A stretch of 61,406 nt of DNA, the filler included, from Hausera hauseri (taxonomy: Eukaryota): NCBI GenBank assembly GCA_046269625.1. It is 10 parts of 10 records of this genome, joined end to end, with 100 filler letters (N's around TTAATTAATTAA, not from the genome) between each part and the next. Parts side by side here need not be neighbours in the genome. Positions count along the whole stretch, not along the records: positions 47,906 to 52,004 come from JBJURY010763318.1; positions 52,105 to 57,211 come from JBJURY010333716.1; positions 57,312 to 61,406 come from JBJURY010765540.1; 7 more parts are not named here. One strand, given 5' to 3'. Below are positions 50,201-61,406 of the stretch, piece after piece; position 1 is the first letter of the stretch, and each line of letters starts with the position of its first letter. Both the position numbers and the translations under genes were made by a program. The notes beneath the pieces were generated by a model, which worked only from the letters and a program-made list of their open reading frames with translations, made no database searches and was not told where the DNA came from.

Positions 50201-52974
50201 TGTACTGTGAGTAGATCGCGTCTCTACCATTTCGACCTCAACATCACTTGATGATTGTAAGATTGATTTACCCATAAGATATTTAGTATGAAAGTTTATA
50301 ACATTTATCTCCTTCATTCGGGAGATGAACCTTATTTTCCTTCTTTTTTGAATTTCCTAGCTTTCTGTTGGCTGTTTACTGAATTACCTTTGAATTAAAT
50401 TTAAACCTTAATATCCGTTTCAATTCCTCCTCACATTCACGTTAGTCAACCGATCGTTCAAAATATTTTTGAAATCAAAGTATCATGTTACAATCAGTTC
50501 ACACAAAAGTATATAGCAGGATAAATTAGTAACTTTTATTCATCTAATATGGAAACGAATTTTACTGTAAATCTGGATTATTTATGACGAATATTCAGAA
50601 GATGTGCAGAATATAATTCTGATTAACAATATGAAAAAATGCAATGATGCTCCGATAACGCATTTGGAGCCCTAAAATGTAACAGCATTTCGCACTTGTT
50701 AAAATCTCCCGCACTATGTTTACATATTTTGAACTTCGTTCCTTTTTTCGTGCTAATGTTTCTTTATTAATCGATTTACAATGTTTTCTTGATGTTCTAT
50801 CAATCTAACATGTATTGGTGCAATTTAAAATAGATAAAATTGATAAAATCAGTTTTGCACGTGCCAATCGATAGTGCACATGAAGCACTACCGATCGGTA
50901 ATGTGTTAGGCGACGGTGCCATTAGTAACCGTTGATAAGCACATTTTTGCAAATTTCACAAATCGATAGCTGCACAGTGCAGTATTAATCGAATCGATCG
51001 GGATAAAGTGCTAATCGATAGTGTACATCAGGGCGCATCGATTGGTGCACAGTTCTGGTGCACTGCACATGTGCAAGTGAGTAGATAGAAGTGATTGTTT
51101 TGCAGCACTTCTCTGATTGGTCCGCCGACCAGTTTTCCCCACTTGATTGGCTAATCTGAACATTTCACTAAAATTTTCTCACGACCGTCCCCTGGCCGAA
51201 AAGGATATCGAGCAATGGACTTTGTACCAAGTAATATCGATAGCCCGTGACGAGGTGAGCAAAAGTTAATGTAGGTACGGTATGCGAAAAATGTAATGAA
51301 AAGGCGCTAGAAGAGGAAGAAGCAAAACAGGAAATTCTCCACGTGCAACGCGAAACATGTTTCTAGCACTGAGAAAAAGTGTACAAGGGGTAGATCGACA
51401 TTGGTGATTGCAATGGACACTGTTGTATCTCGGTCAGACCATGGGAACATGAGGAAAAATCGATGGGAAAAATTTAAATGGGGAAAAATTCCCCTTACAC
51501 AAGTCAAACGGCGATGGAAATGGGTTGAGCTCATAGCCCATCAGTAGTTGAGCCTTTTATATTATAGCCGCCTCACGATAAGACGAAAGGATCCAGGTGA
51601 AAATGGCAACCGAACAAACAACCGAACCGAAAAAACGCATTGTTAAAAGTCTAAGTCAAAAAGGTAGAAGTGAGCTTTCAACCCCATTTCCCAAAAGTGC
51701 TCAGATCGACCTCGGACCACGTTTTCCCCACCTATCTCGCAATTATGAGCATTTCATGTTTTTTGGTACGAGACTTCCCCAGCCGGAAGCACACGTCACA
51801 TGTCACACATGTCACCGATGGAAATCGGTAGAGCTTGATGAGTGGAACAAAATTTTCTATTGCGGTGAGAGTCCAAAATTTTACTGGGCGGCGCTAGAAG
51901 CAAAAGAAGCAAAAGAGAAAATGTTTTGTGAGAAACGAGACACGAGTTACGAATTGTGCAATGTTCGGTGCAGATGTCAAACTGATGTAGGGGAATCGAA
52001 TGCGNNNNNNNNNNNNNNNNNNNNNNNNNNNNNNNNNNNNNNNNNNNNTTAATTAATTAANNNNNNNNNNNNNNNNNNNNNNNNNNNNNNNNNNNNNNNN
52101 NNNNACATTCTTTCTATAAATTCCATTCATTTCATACAAATTTCATGTGTCAAATCAATTTTTTCACAACAGGATATCAACATCATACCAACACATCCTG
52201 GTCATTAAGAAATTAATTAAGGAAGTCAAATAAGGATATGCCCCATGAAAGTCAAAAATATATACCACAAGACACATACAGTCTACAAAATCGAATGCAC
52301 AAAGCGCAAAGCATTCTATTTTCCATATTCGAATTTTCAAACGTTTCAATAAAAGAGATTGTTAAAACACAGAAAATATAATTAGTACTTTATGAACTGA
52401 CCGTGATCGTGTTGACTAACGAATACTAGAAACCCTTTACATAAAACAAAGCCAAAAATAAATAAAAAAGAGGAAGCAAACGAATTGACGGGCATAACCA
52501 TCGAAATGCGGAAACAAATAAAGTGGTTACTTATTTTACATAATGCCCAAATGATATATTTATTGAATTCGAAAAATCAATACTCCGAAGATCTTGAAGA
52601 AGGCAGTATCTGCCGATACGTCGATCAAATATTAAATTTTTGCAGTATCGGCCTTGTTTGAAAATAAGTATCAGAAAGTGGTTAATTTGTGCCATTTTAA
52701 CATTTTCTCTATACAATTGACAGTTGAAAACTAAGAATATTAAGAATAATAAACAGCATTTGTACAAAAGTCAGATAAATGTTCATGTTCAATCGAGCGC
52801 AATGTAATTGTCAGACGAACAACTTAAAGCCAATAATGAATCACCATTAGTGATCACCGGTGAGTGGTCGTTGGTCAGTTTACGTCAAAAATTAGTCACT
52901 CAATATACAAAACATTATTGTTGAGGCCTATGTTGGAATATTACAGTTTCTAGATTTGCTTACGCTTTCACAGA

Positions 52975-55310
52975 TTGGCATCTGCTCACGGTCCTGCTCA
53001 ACAACCTGAAGAACATTCTAGCAATGTTCTTCGCCCTTAGCTGTACCTAAGAAATCAGAACTCAGTTTTATGCCTCGCTCGGCACAGTCATTGATGATGT
53101 TAACTGCCTGCTCGTTTACAGCTGAAGCTTGATAAGCAGCAAGTTGTGGCCAACTTGCAACATCAGCTGTCAAAAACTCTGGATTCAGTTGCAAGATGTT
53201 AAAGGTTAATCAAGAGTCTGGTCCAACCAGATCAGCAAGTGTTGTCGATAGCGTAACCTATGCTGGAAATACTAGCTTGCCGAAACCTGTCCCAAAGCGA
53301 TTTAATGGTGCTGTTTGCTCAGCTATTGGCATGATTTCCAAGATCTTATTAGCCAAAGTTTGTAGTTTTCCTATTGGTACCTTGTTGCTGAACAGTGCAG
53401 TACTAGTGGCACAATTTCTTAAGTTAGATACCACAAGTGGATCTTGAATGCTCGGATTTTAGTCTTTGAGACTACCGGATTCACGACCTCATAGCTCAAT
53501 AGATTCTGATAGTTGTAGATCATTCCATAAGGTATCAGCTGCAGAATTGCAAATTACCCACAAACGGCTGTAGATGAAGATCGAAAACGTGACGAGGTCC
53601 TTAATTTTTGATGCTTGCTATGGCGTAATGACAGTTCCGCGAGGTACCACCTCAAGCTGCTTCTCAAACAGGCAGAGTTCAATGAATACAGCAGCTTAAA
53701 TATTCACCTGGCCTTGTGAAGAGCACATGGTTTCTTGAAAGTTACTGGTTTGTCAGACATTTCATCATCAAGGAACACTACACAGTTCTACAAATTCTCG
53801 GTAGTCATTTGTGCACAATGACCGTTCCAAGTTAGCAAGCTTAAGAAATTGATTCTCCAGTCTTCAAGGAAACATTGTGCTGTTTCGCTGTACACAGTTG
53901 AATTAAAGAGGGACAATGGTTCGTCGTGCAGTTGATCAAAGTGTTACTTCTAACGACTTTGAAACTTCAATTTTGAAATCGATGAAGACATGGGAAAGAA
54001 CAACCTCGCCAACTTGATGTCGACAGGCCGACCACAGAAGAGCCCGATCGTCACACATACTACACTGATGCTGTTGTGTCGAATGTCAAATTTGTGATTG
54101 AATTGACACACTTCCATGATTTGAGCAGTTCAGTGGTCAAGTTTCTATTTGTTCCCGGTTGGTATGACGGCACACCTAGAAGTTTCAGTTTATATACATT
54201 TTCTACGACGGCAGTAAGACGCTCTTCAGTAATATTCTGATTGCAGATAGAAGGTACGAGCTTCGAATCCCAATGAGGAGTGGCTAGTTTCGGAGCAATT
54301 CATTGTTCTTTACAGGCGCTTGGTATCTTGCAACCAACCTGGCATCGAGACTTATCTGCTCTCAAGTTTGACGAATAGACTTTAGGTGGATCGCCCCCAG
54401 CTTCTGAAATTAGCGCTTCAGTGTACACAGCTTGTTGAGCTGAAGTCATTTTTAGCCTTGTCGCTACTGCTACAAGTTTTGGTCATCGCAAAATGTCTGG
54501 TGGAATTGAAACGGACAGGTTGATGAGAAACCTTTGAACTGTTGGCCGACGGTCTTTCTCCAGTTGACAGAGGGCAATTACGATCGTTATCAGACTCGTT
54601 CATGGCAGCTTCATCACTACTACTGGAAATTTTGGTTGCAGTAATGTTTTCAGCAGACATTTGAGTAAATTTCAGTTGCCTGGCAGCCTCCGATTTCTCA
54701 CGTTCATGCCGACGTTGAATTTTTGCTTCTAGCACCATATCACAAGATCCAAAAGTTGCAGACCGATTGCCCTTCATTGAAAGCAGGAACTTGAGATCCT
54801 CCTGATTCTTGATGAGTTGCTTGGTATTGGTAGGACACATCGGACATGTCTTCTCCAGTGTTTCTTTCATCTGCTTTGCCTTCTCAATCCAAGATTCAGT
54901 TGATTGGCGATTGCAGGGTATGACTGAGTTTGACATTATCTTCCGAAAGTTGGATCGTCCTCTCACATGCTTTACACTCTGATATCATAGGATATTTGCT
55001 TTCTTATAGAAAGGTATTACCTTTGACAAGTTTAGCTCACTGCCATTTCGATCGATTTTCCGATGCATCGTCCGGTACACTAAACATCAAGCAGCTCAAC
55101 ACTTGCCAATTCGTTGGAAGACGCGCACCTGTTGCAGTTGCTGCTGCTGTTGGTGTAGTCGGCACAGATTAGATGACAGGACTAATAGCTGAGGTTGCTC
55201 TTGATCGATGGTTAGTTGATGGAGTACCTGGGGTGGTTCTTTGTTGTGGATCACAGCTGTCTTCAACTTCATAAAGACCAGATTCAACAAGGGTACTCTT
55301 CTCTAGCATC
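52975..55310 (-). pseudogene. hATm-like DDE transposase, decayed
   Basis: RLPTNWQVL, PHWDSKL, EERLTAVV, LLGV, TFDTTAS, LLWSACRHQVGEVVL, NDYREFVE and IINDCAERGIKL motifs in order. Confidence 0.8.
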
Positions 55311-55437
55311 ATATTTGAAACTCAATCCATGAAATATAGGGATTTTAACAAATAAAATCAGAATATTTGAAAATTGTGTTGAAAAGCAGATTTAATTATT
55401 AACAAGAATAACGTTTAAAGAATCAAAACTCAAATTA

Positions 55438-56670
55438 CACTGCCTGGTCATAAGTAAATGGACACTACAAAAAGTCGATAGTAGAGTTTTGTGTTAACAA
55501 ACACAAATTATACAGTGACAGTTTATTTCACATGACACACTATTGTATGTATTATATGTTGTAGGTGTTAATTGATTTTTACAAAGGCAAGTTTTGATTG
55601 GTTTTGTCATTATCATTATCCTTCATCCATTTAAATCCTTTCTTTTTTCTGTCACTTCTATTTGCATTAAGTCGCGCATACCTTGTGCTAATAAAATATC
55701 GGATTTTATGAAAGGTCGCATTGTTGGATAGTTGGGGACAAGAAGATCTCAACGCAATATTGCCGCTTCTTTGAATCTTCCTCTTTCCATAGTTAACAAT
55801 GTCGTGTGCCAATTTCATTGTCATGAGAAGTGCAGTGTAATACCCCAGACGTGGAGAACCAAAACCAACTCAACTATTTCTTCGAAATATCAGACGAAGT
55901 GTTGCATATAAGCATCGTTAACCGGCTACGGAAATTGCACAAGAAGCTTCAGTGTCTGTAAAAACAGTTCGACGTTAATTAAAAAAAAATTTGGCTACCG
56001 CGGGAGAGTAGCAAAACGAAAGCTTTTAATGTGTGCAACGAATATTGCAAAACGCTTAGTCTGGACGAGGGAGATGAGTCACAAACCTAACAATTTCTGG
56101 CAAAGCGTCATCTTTAGTGATGAAAGTTCCTTTCAGCAATTCCCTTCTGGTGGCCCTACCTGGGTGTGGTGTCGTTCCCACCAAAAATTTCAAAACAAGC
56201 GTCTCCAGCCAACTGTGAAACACAGTTTAGTGTCTTGGTGTAGTGAGCTATTTGTTGGAGTGTGAGATCAGATCTGGTACGTTGCCAAAGTTCAATAAAT
56301 TCAACAGCCTCATGTCAACTACTTCAAGAAGGCCTTCTGCCAGCCTACCAAGTTCGAAGTACTTCCCGAATAAATTCTCCCTTCATGCAAGACAATGTAC
56401 CTTCCTACGCCGCTCGAGCAACTAAAGCATGGCTGGAACACAAAGGAATTTTATGATTAAATTGGACTGCTCAATCACCGGATATAAATCCGATTGAGTC
56501 GGTGTAGTTTAATTTCGATCAAGCATATCGAAAACGAAAAGACAAGCCGAAATCTGTTGATATTCTGTTTTATGCTCTCAAAGAGGAATGGGCAGCGATC
56601 CCACAGGCAAAAAATATTAAGCTTATCCAGCCTATGCCAGAATGTGTATCTGAACTTTTAAATGCCAAAA
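55438..56670 (+). mobile_element. Tc1/mariner transposon, 3' truncated and decayed
   Basis: TA followed by the TIR-like CACTGCCTGGTCATAAGTAAATGGACAC; VIFSDESSF, FMQDN and W.AQSPDINPIE motifs. Confidence 0.88.
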
Positions 56671-56689
56671 GAACACATCGAAAACCGAC

Positions 56690-57211
56690 CGACACAGAAT
56701 TATATCCAACTTTGTCAAGTTTCTCTCATAGAAAGTATAATAGAACAGAACATACAAACTGTGTTCGGATATTCAAAGTATAAACATGGCATTTGAAAAT
56801 TTAAATAACATTTTAAACAATAATGGCTATCCGGATTATTTAATATACAATGCCATTAGAAAAGTGTTGGACAAATTCTATTCACCGAAAACAATATTTT
56901 GACGAACTCTAATCAAACCACAAATGTTTTTCACAGCTTCGATCCAGGTGGTTTAACAGAAAACATTCCAGAAACCTTAGACATAGAAAACGATAAAGAC
57001 AATAAACGCATAAATTTAAAATATCGATTAATTTTAAAATTGCCGTTTTCAGAAGGTTCTAAGGAATTAAAATTAAAAATTTTAACATTATTGCCTAAAG
57101 AAGCCAATTTAAATGTTATATTTACTATTAAGCAAATCATTGATCTATTTAGTAATAAATCTGCCACACCACTCGATGTTCAGTCTAACCTTGTATATAA
57201 ATTTGATTGTC
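56690..57211 (+). pseudogene. Penelope-like element fragment (RT thumb, linker, start of GIY-YIG endonuclease)
   Basis: NNGYP..LI..AI, LKLPF..GS and QSNLVYKFDC at the contig end. Confidence 0.75.
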
Positions 57212-57311
57212 NNNNNNNNNNNNNNNNNNNNNNNNNNNNNNNNNNNNNNNNNNNNTTAATTAATTAANNNNNNNNNNNNNNNNNNNNNNNNNNNNNNNNN
57301 NNNNNNNNNNN

Positions 57312-60288
57312 AATGTAGCCGTTTGATGCATACACCTAACTGCATGTAAAATTGAAACAGACGCCAATAAACTGTGTAATTTTGCTTGGGTTCGTGCATC
57401 ATAAGCAGCTTCTTCACCTTCGAGCTCGACGGACATTGGTTAATTGTTGCGACCGGCAGTTCATCCAGAAAGTCATGCAGCTCATCTGGCACCACAAGAT
57501 CGACTTCCATCAGTTATCCGATTGAGCTGTTTTCTGTTGTGTCTGCTCTAGGTAATTTTCAATTATGTCGTCCAGGTCCTGTTTGTCGACTATCCATTCA
57601 AATGAACCATACGGCAAGGGTTGTGAAAGCGCCCAGCCCTACAGGTTATTAATATCAATATACAGCAATGATGTTGTATCGGTATCACAGATCTGATGCT
57701 TGTTGACACATTTCATAATGCCGCAAATACCAACATCAAACAGCCGATACATTCCCGGGTCTTGCATCAGCTCAATGTCTTGATCCAGTGACATTAGAGC
57801 TGATACTCAACTCATTCCCGGTATGGAATAAAAGTTGAGTGACGCCAGCCTATCTTCAGCCAACGCTTTCGCCCGAAACGCCTGGAACACATCGGCCAAT
57901 AAGTACACGTCCAGTTTAAGATACTGAAGCATGTAATCCAACATGTTTCTACAACCGAGTTATGTCCAACACCTCTGTGCATTCCGGTATTCATCCTCTG
58001 CGAAACCTTCCACCACAACGGTAATTCCTCTGCTGTCTGGAGTCGCTCATATGATGTTGCAAAGTCATATGGAAATATTCCTTTGCTGCATGCAATATGT
58101 ATAGGGAAATGCGTTAAGGTTATCGGCACATCTGGCAAGGCATTGACCAGTTTCGCCAGCGATTCATTGAGAAATTGCAATGAATCAAGGAAACGTACCT
58201 GAAACCCCTTTAGGCGTGCTGGCAGGGACAGGTCCTTCTCCATTGTTGTTGGTATTATGCACAGTTCTCGGTCCAAAAATCCGTTGATCGCCCATTTCGG
58301 TATATGGTGACAATCATAACCTCGGAAATTATGAAAAATCACCGGTAGAAATAGTGGCACACGCCTCGGTAAATGGCATGAATTACATGCTGTTCCCAAG
58401 TATCAACCTGTAAAATGGTCGTGATCCGGTACGAATCATTCTTGTGCATCAAACGGTAATATTTTGTGGTACCGATAACATTCCTCTGTGACTGCAAGCG
58501 TCAGGCGTTCATCTTCATGTGTGCAAATCGGAGGTTCTGTGCTGTTATTGAGATACAACGGTGCGATTTCCGACTCAACTATTGTTGCCAAATGATGCAT
58601 TACATCAATCACGCAGTACCAGCCGTAAAACATGTAATGCTGCGGTTGACCTGCAGCTTTTATTGGGACAACCAATATACCGACGGCAATTGGAAGGTAT
58701 TTTTCATCGTATACGTCGTGTCATTGTAGGATTGCTTCGGTATCAGCATATATCACATATACTGGACTATACGTCTTAGACCAGTCACTAAATCGCAGCT
58801 CCTTTTTGGCTGGCATGACGTACATTGTTGTTCCTGATGCATTCTGTGTGCACAGCGTCACATGTTTTCCCACGTGGTTTCTGATCTGAAGCCATGCAGA
58901 CATGTAGGACACCAGTTTCAACGTATTTGTTTTTGGACAAACTGATGGTGATCCATGTTCAACAATCGGTCCAAATTTGTTACGGCCACGTAATGAAATT
59001 TTTCTGCCTGCTCCAACAATAACAAATTTACTCTGCGTCCATTCAGGTTCCAACTTCGATAGATTATATCCACATGTGGATTCTTGTCGATTTATTCGTC
59101 TGCCGGTATTTCAACTATTGTATTGTACCGGAACACGTTGATTGACAGCATCGGATTACGCCGTTCAAATGTTAAAATGGTTTTTAGTTTCATCGGCATC
59201 CAGTTTTTGTCAAATTGCAATTCGGAAAAATACTGCCGATACTGACTTGGACGATATGCACTATATCTGTGCACTTTGTCATATTTTAGTACAGCCAGAA
59301 TACTGTAAATAAAACAGTAATCATCGTCCGTGTTTTTTACATTTACTACCGTATAAGTGTGCTTTAGATCTTCAGGTGTCGGTATAAATGAACGTCCGGA
59401 CAGGTAAATTTTCAATCGAATTTGTTATAATAAAACCGAAAGTGACGATTTTTACTACTTGCCAACCACTGCCCTTTTTGGTGTAGTTGGCGATTTTTTC
59501 GTCCAGCTTTTCTCCTATGTTGGCAGTGAAATCTTTGGAATATGGAGCTGTTCGATGTCACAGGTACCATTGTTTCCTGCCACTCTGCAAATTCTCAAAT
59601 TCTGCAAGTGCATTATATTGCACTTTGCAGTTGTGGTGTTTGAATTTCTCCACTTCGGTTTCTAACCGGTTGCGCACATGAGCGGGTACATGCCTCAGTA
59701 GAATTGCTGATTTCGCCGACATGTTTAATTTTATTTCCATGTACGATCTGTTTGGGTCCTACTTGACAGTAATTGGCGGTTCCTGCTGCTGCTGCTGCTG
59801 ATGCTCTGTATTGCTGCATTGCAGGTATTCGTCAAGACTTTTTGACGCTTGACGCTTTTTGCTTCCAACAATATTTCCTTTTTAGACCTCTGAAACTGGT
59901 TCAAGTGGTCTTTGTGCTCATTATAAAATTGTTCATAGTTGATTTCATCAACTACAGAACAACAACCGGGACAAACGTAGGCCCGTTTACCGTACACCGT
60001 TGTGGCCGCATAGTACTGCTCCATTTTACTATGGCAACCATCAACGTTGTGCACTTCACTAGTACAATACCTTGGGTAGAAGGAGCAATGCACACGCATC
60101 ATCTTCTTAGACCGAGTAAACGGTCCGAAATGATGCTTCTGCACCTTATGAAAGTTGGCCTATGGACAAGGGGCCGAAATACTACCTCACGTTGGGCACA
60201 AATATGAGTCCGTATCAACGAAGTAATATTTAGCCAATTGTTGATGGTACTGCTCCTGCTCCATATGTATGCGCGAGATGCAATACAT
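57312..60288 (-). pseudogene. Polinton pPolB, third copy, retaining the longer N-terminal region
   Basis: YADTE, DHFTG, IFHNFRGYD, KGIFPYD and LLYID motifs. N-terminal IPTP..VVNVKNTDDDYCFIYSIL..FERRNP..SINVF segment at 59092-59415. Confidence 0.92.
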
Positions 60289-60448
60289 GGGATAATTAGT
60301 ACACATCTAAATAAAAAACAAAATAAAATGTTTTATATTAAGTTATAAATACTGTAAATTTGAATATGAAAACTTATTTGTCGGTCTCCTTACTGCCTTA
60401 TAAACAATTATTCTAAACGCCACAACAATAACAAAAACTAAATATCAC

Positions 60449-60792
60449 ATGAAACAGTACCTAGAAAGCGAGATTAAGAAACTGACCGATGATATTTTGA
60501 CTGGACATGTGTTTGATGTTCAGTATTTGTGCGAGCTCGCAGAAACCAGAATAATTAGTTGACAGGAATAGATTGAATTACTTGTCAGATCTCAATTCAT
60601 ACAACGTACCAAAGATGAAATAATACGAAAACGGCAACAACAACAACGACGGATTAACTTCCTCATTGGACTTATTTTTCTGCTTCGCTTTGTATTGTAA
60701 TGGAAAAGTTGATTGACCGTTTTTAATCATACATTTGCACATATGTTGTTGCGTTTGTTTTCGTAAATCAATATAATTTATTTCTCGTGTCT

Positions 60793-60824
<32 letters not shown>

Positions 60825-61267
60825 ACATTTCAGTATAAATACTTGTGCTGCGTTACTGCATGATATAACGGCATGTCCAATTTATAAGAATTCATTCATT
60901 TATATCACTCCTTCGACGGTCTCCGGAGTCACCTTTACAATCTTTATCGACCTTTACATGATGCAGGATACTTTTCCCCCAAACGATACTCCTACGTGCC
61001 GAGGAGAATTAGAAAGTACGCGAACCCCACATACAGCTCATGAAGCAGGTTGTTTGTGACATGGATATATTAATCGGCCAGATTTTTCGCACTTAGCAGA
61101 AATTGGTGAATACCTATGCACTGTGTGCCAACAGTCCACGTCAAATGCAGTTTGTGGATGATTTTGTCCAAAGCGACCAGATGGATTATGTTCCAATGTG
61201 GCAATTGGCGGATTCGATTTTCTTTAGGTAACATTTCAATGTAACCAATTTCGAGGATCTCGTTCAT
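60449..61267. pseudogene. Decayed Polinton accessory genes homologous to 1-668
   Basis: Shared translated segments LTDDI.TGHVFDV (+) and RSIKIVKVTP.TVEGVI (-). Confidence 0.55.
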
Positions 61268-61330
61268 TCTCCTACGAAATTTGTTAACCCATGTTGTTTG
61301 TGTTCTCCTAACTCATTAAAAACGATTTAA

Positions 61331-61406
61331 TTGTTGTTTTTGTTGTTGATGTTGTTGTTGGTGGTGGTGTTGTTGTTGTTGTTATTGTTGTTGTTATTGT
61401 TGTTGT
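61331..61406. repeat. (TTG)n microsatellite
   Basis: Imperfect TTG/GTG trinucleotide run; a shorter run lies at about 60793-60824. Confidence 0.9.

Noticed and set aside
51597-52004. Cys-containing ORF in a GC-richer block
   Set aside because: No coherent domain; 50850-52004 looks like non-coding subterminal repeats of an unclassified DNA element.
1-61406. Single giant-virus genome (PolB, A32 ATPase, TBP, RING, IAP)
   Set aside because: PolB and the ATPase are Polinton-type and decayed, the RING/BIR genes are tied to PPT/PBS signals, and spliced host exons and ordinary transposons are present.

Overview
This window is not one locus. It is ten separate contigs joined by artificial 100-nt linkers (44 N + TTAATTAATTAA + 44 N) at 5067-5166, 9792-9891, 16722-16821, 22554-22653, 33258-33357, 40779-40878, 47806-47905, 52005-52104 and 57212-57311, so adjacency across linkers means nothing. 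The DNA is AT-rich eukaryotic sequence with 44-46-nt GT-AG introns; a flatworm-like host is my inference. Most of it is decayed mobile DNA: four Polinton/Maverick fragments (three pPolB copies; one packaging ATPase next to a TBP-like gene), Ty3/Gypsy elements, hATm-like and Tc1 DNA transposons and a Penelope fragment. There is also the 3' end of a CEP192-like host gene and an intact RING gene. Two large LTR retroelement architectures stand out. (A) A Gypsy family pieced together from three contigs: LTR - PBS(tRNA-Arg) - Gag(CCHC) - about 900 aa helical region - ubiquitin-like domain - AT-hook - chuvirus-type fusion glycoprotein - protease - RT - RNase H, placing env between gag and pol. (B) A family with a GGAGAAA|TGTTG PPT/LTR junction that has a RING ORF at or near the PPT in two contigs. 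In one copy, a tRNA-Met PBS is followed by an array of ATG-less RING/zinc-finger modules with candidate splice acceptors and a BIR (IAP) ORF instead of gag. All domain calls come from reading motifs by eye; no database searches were run.
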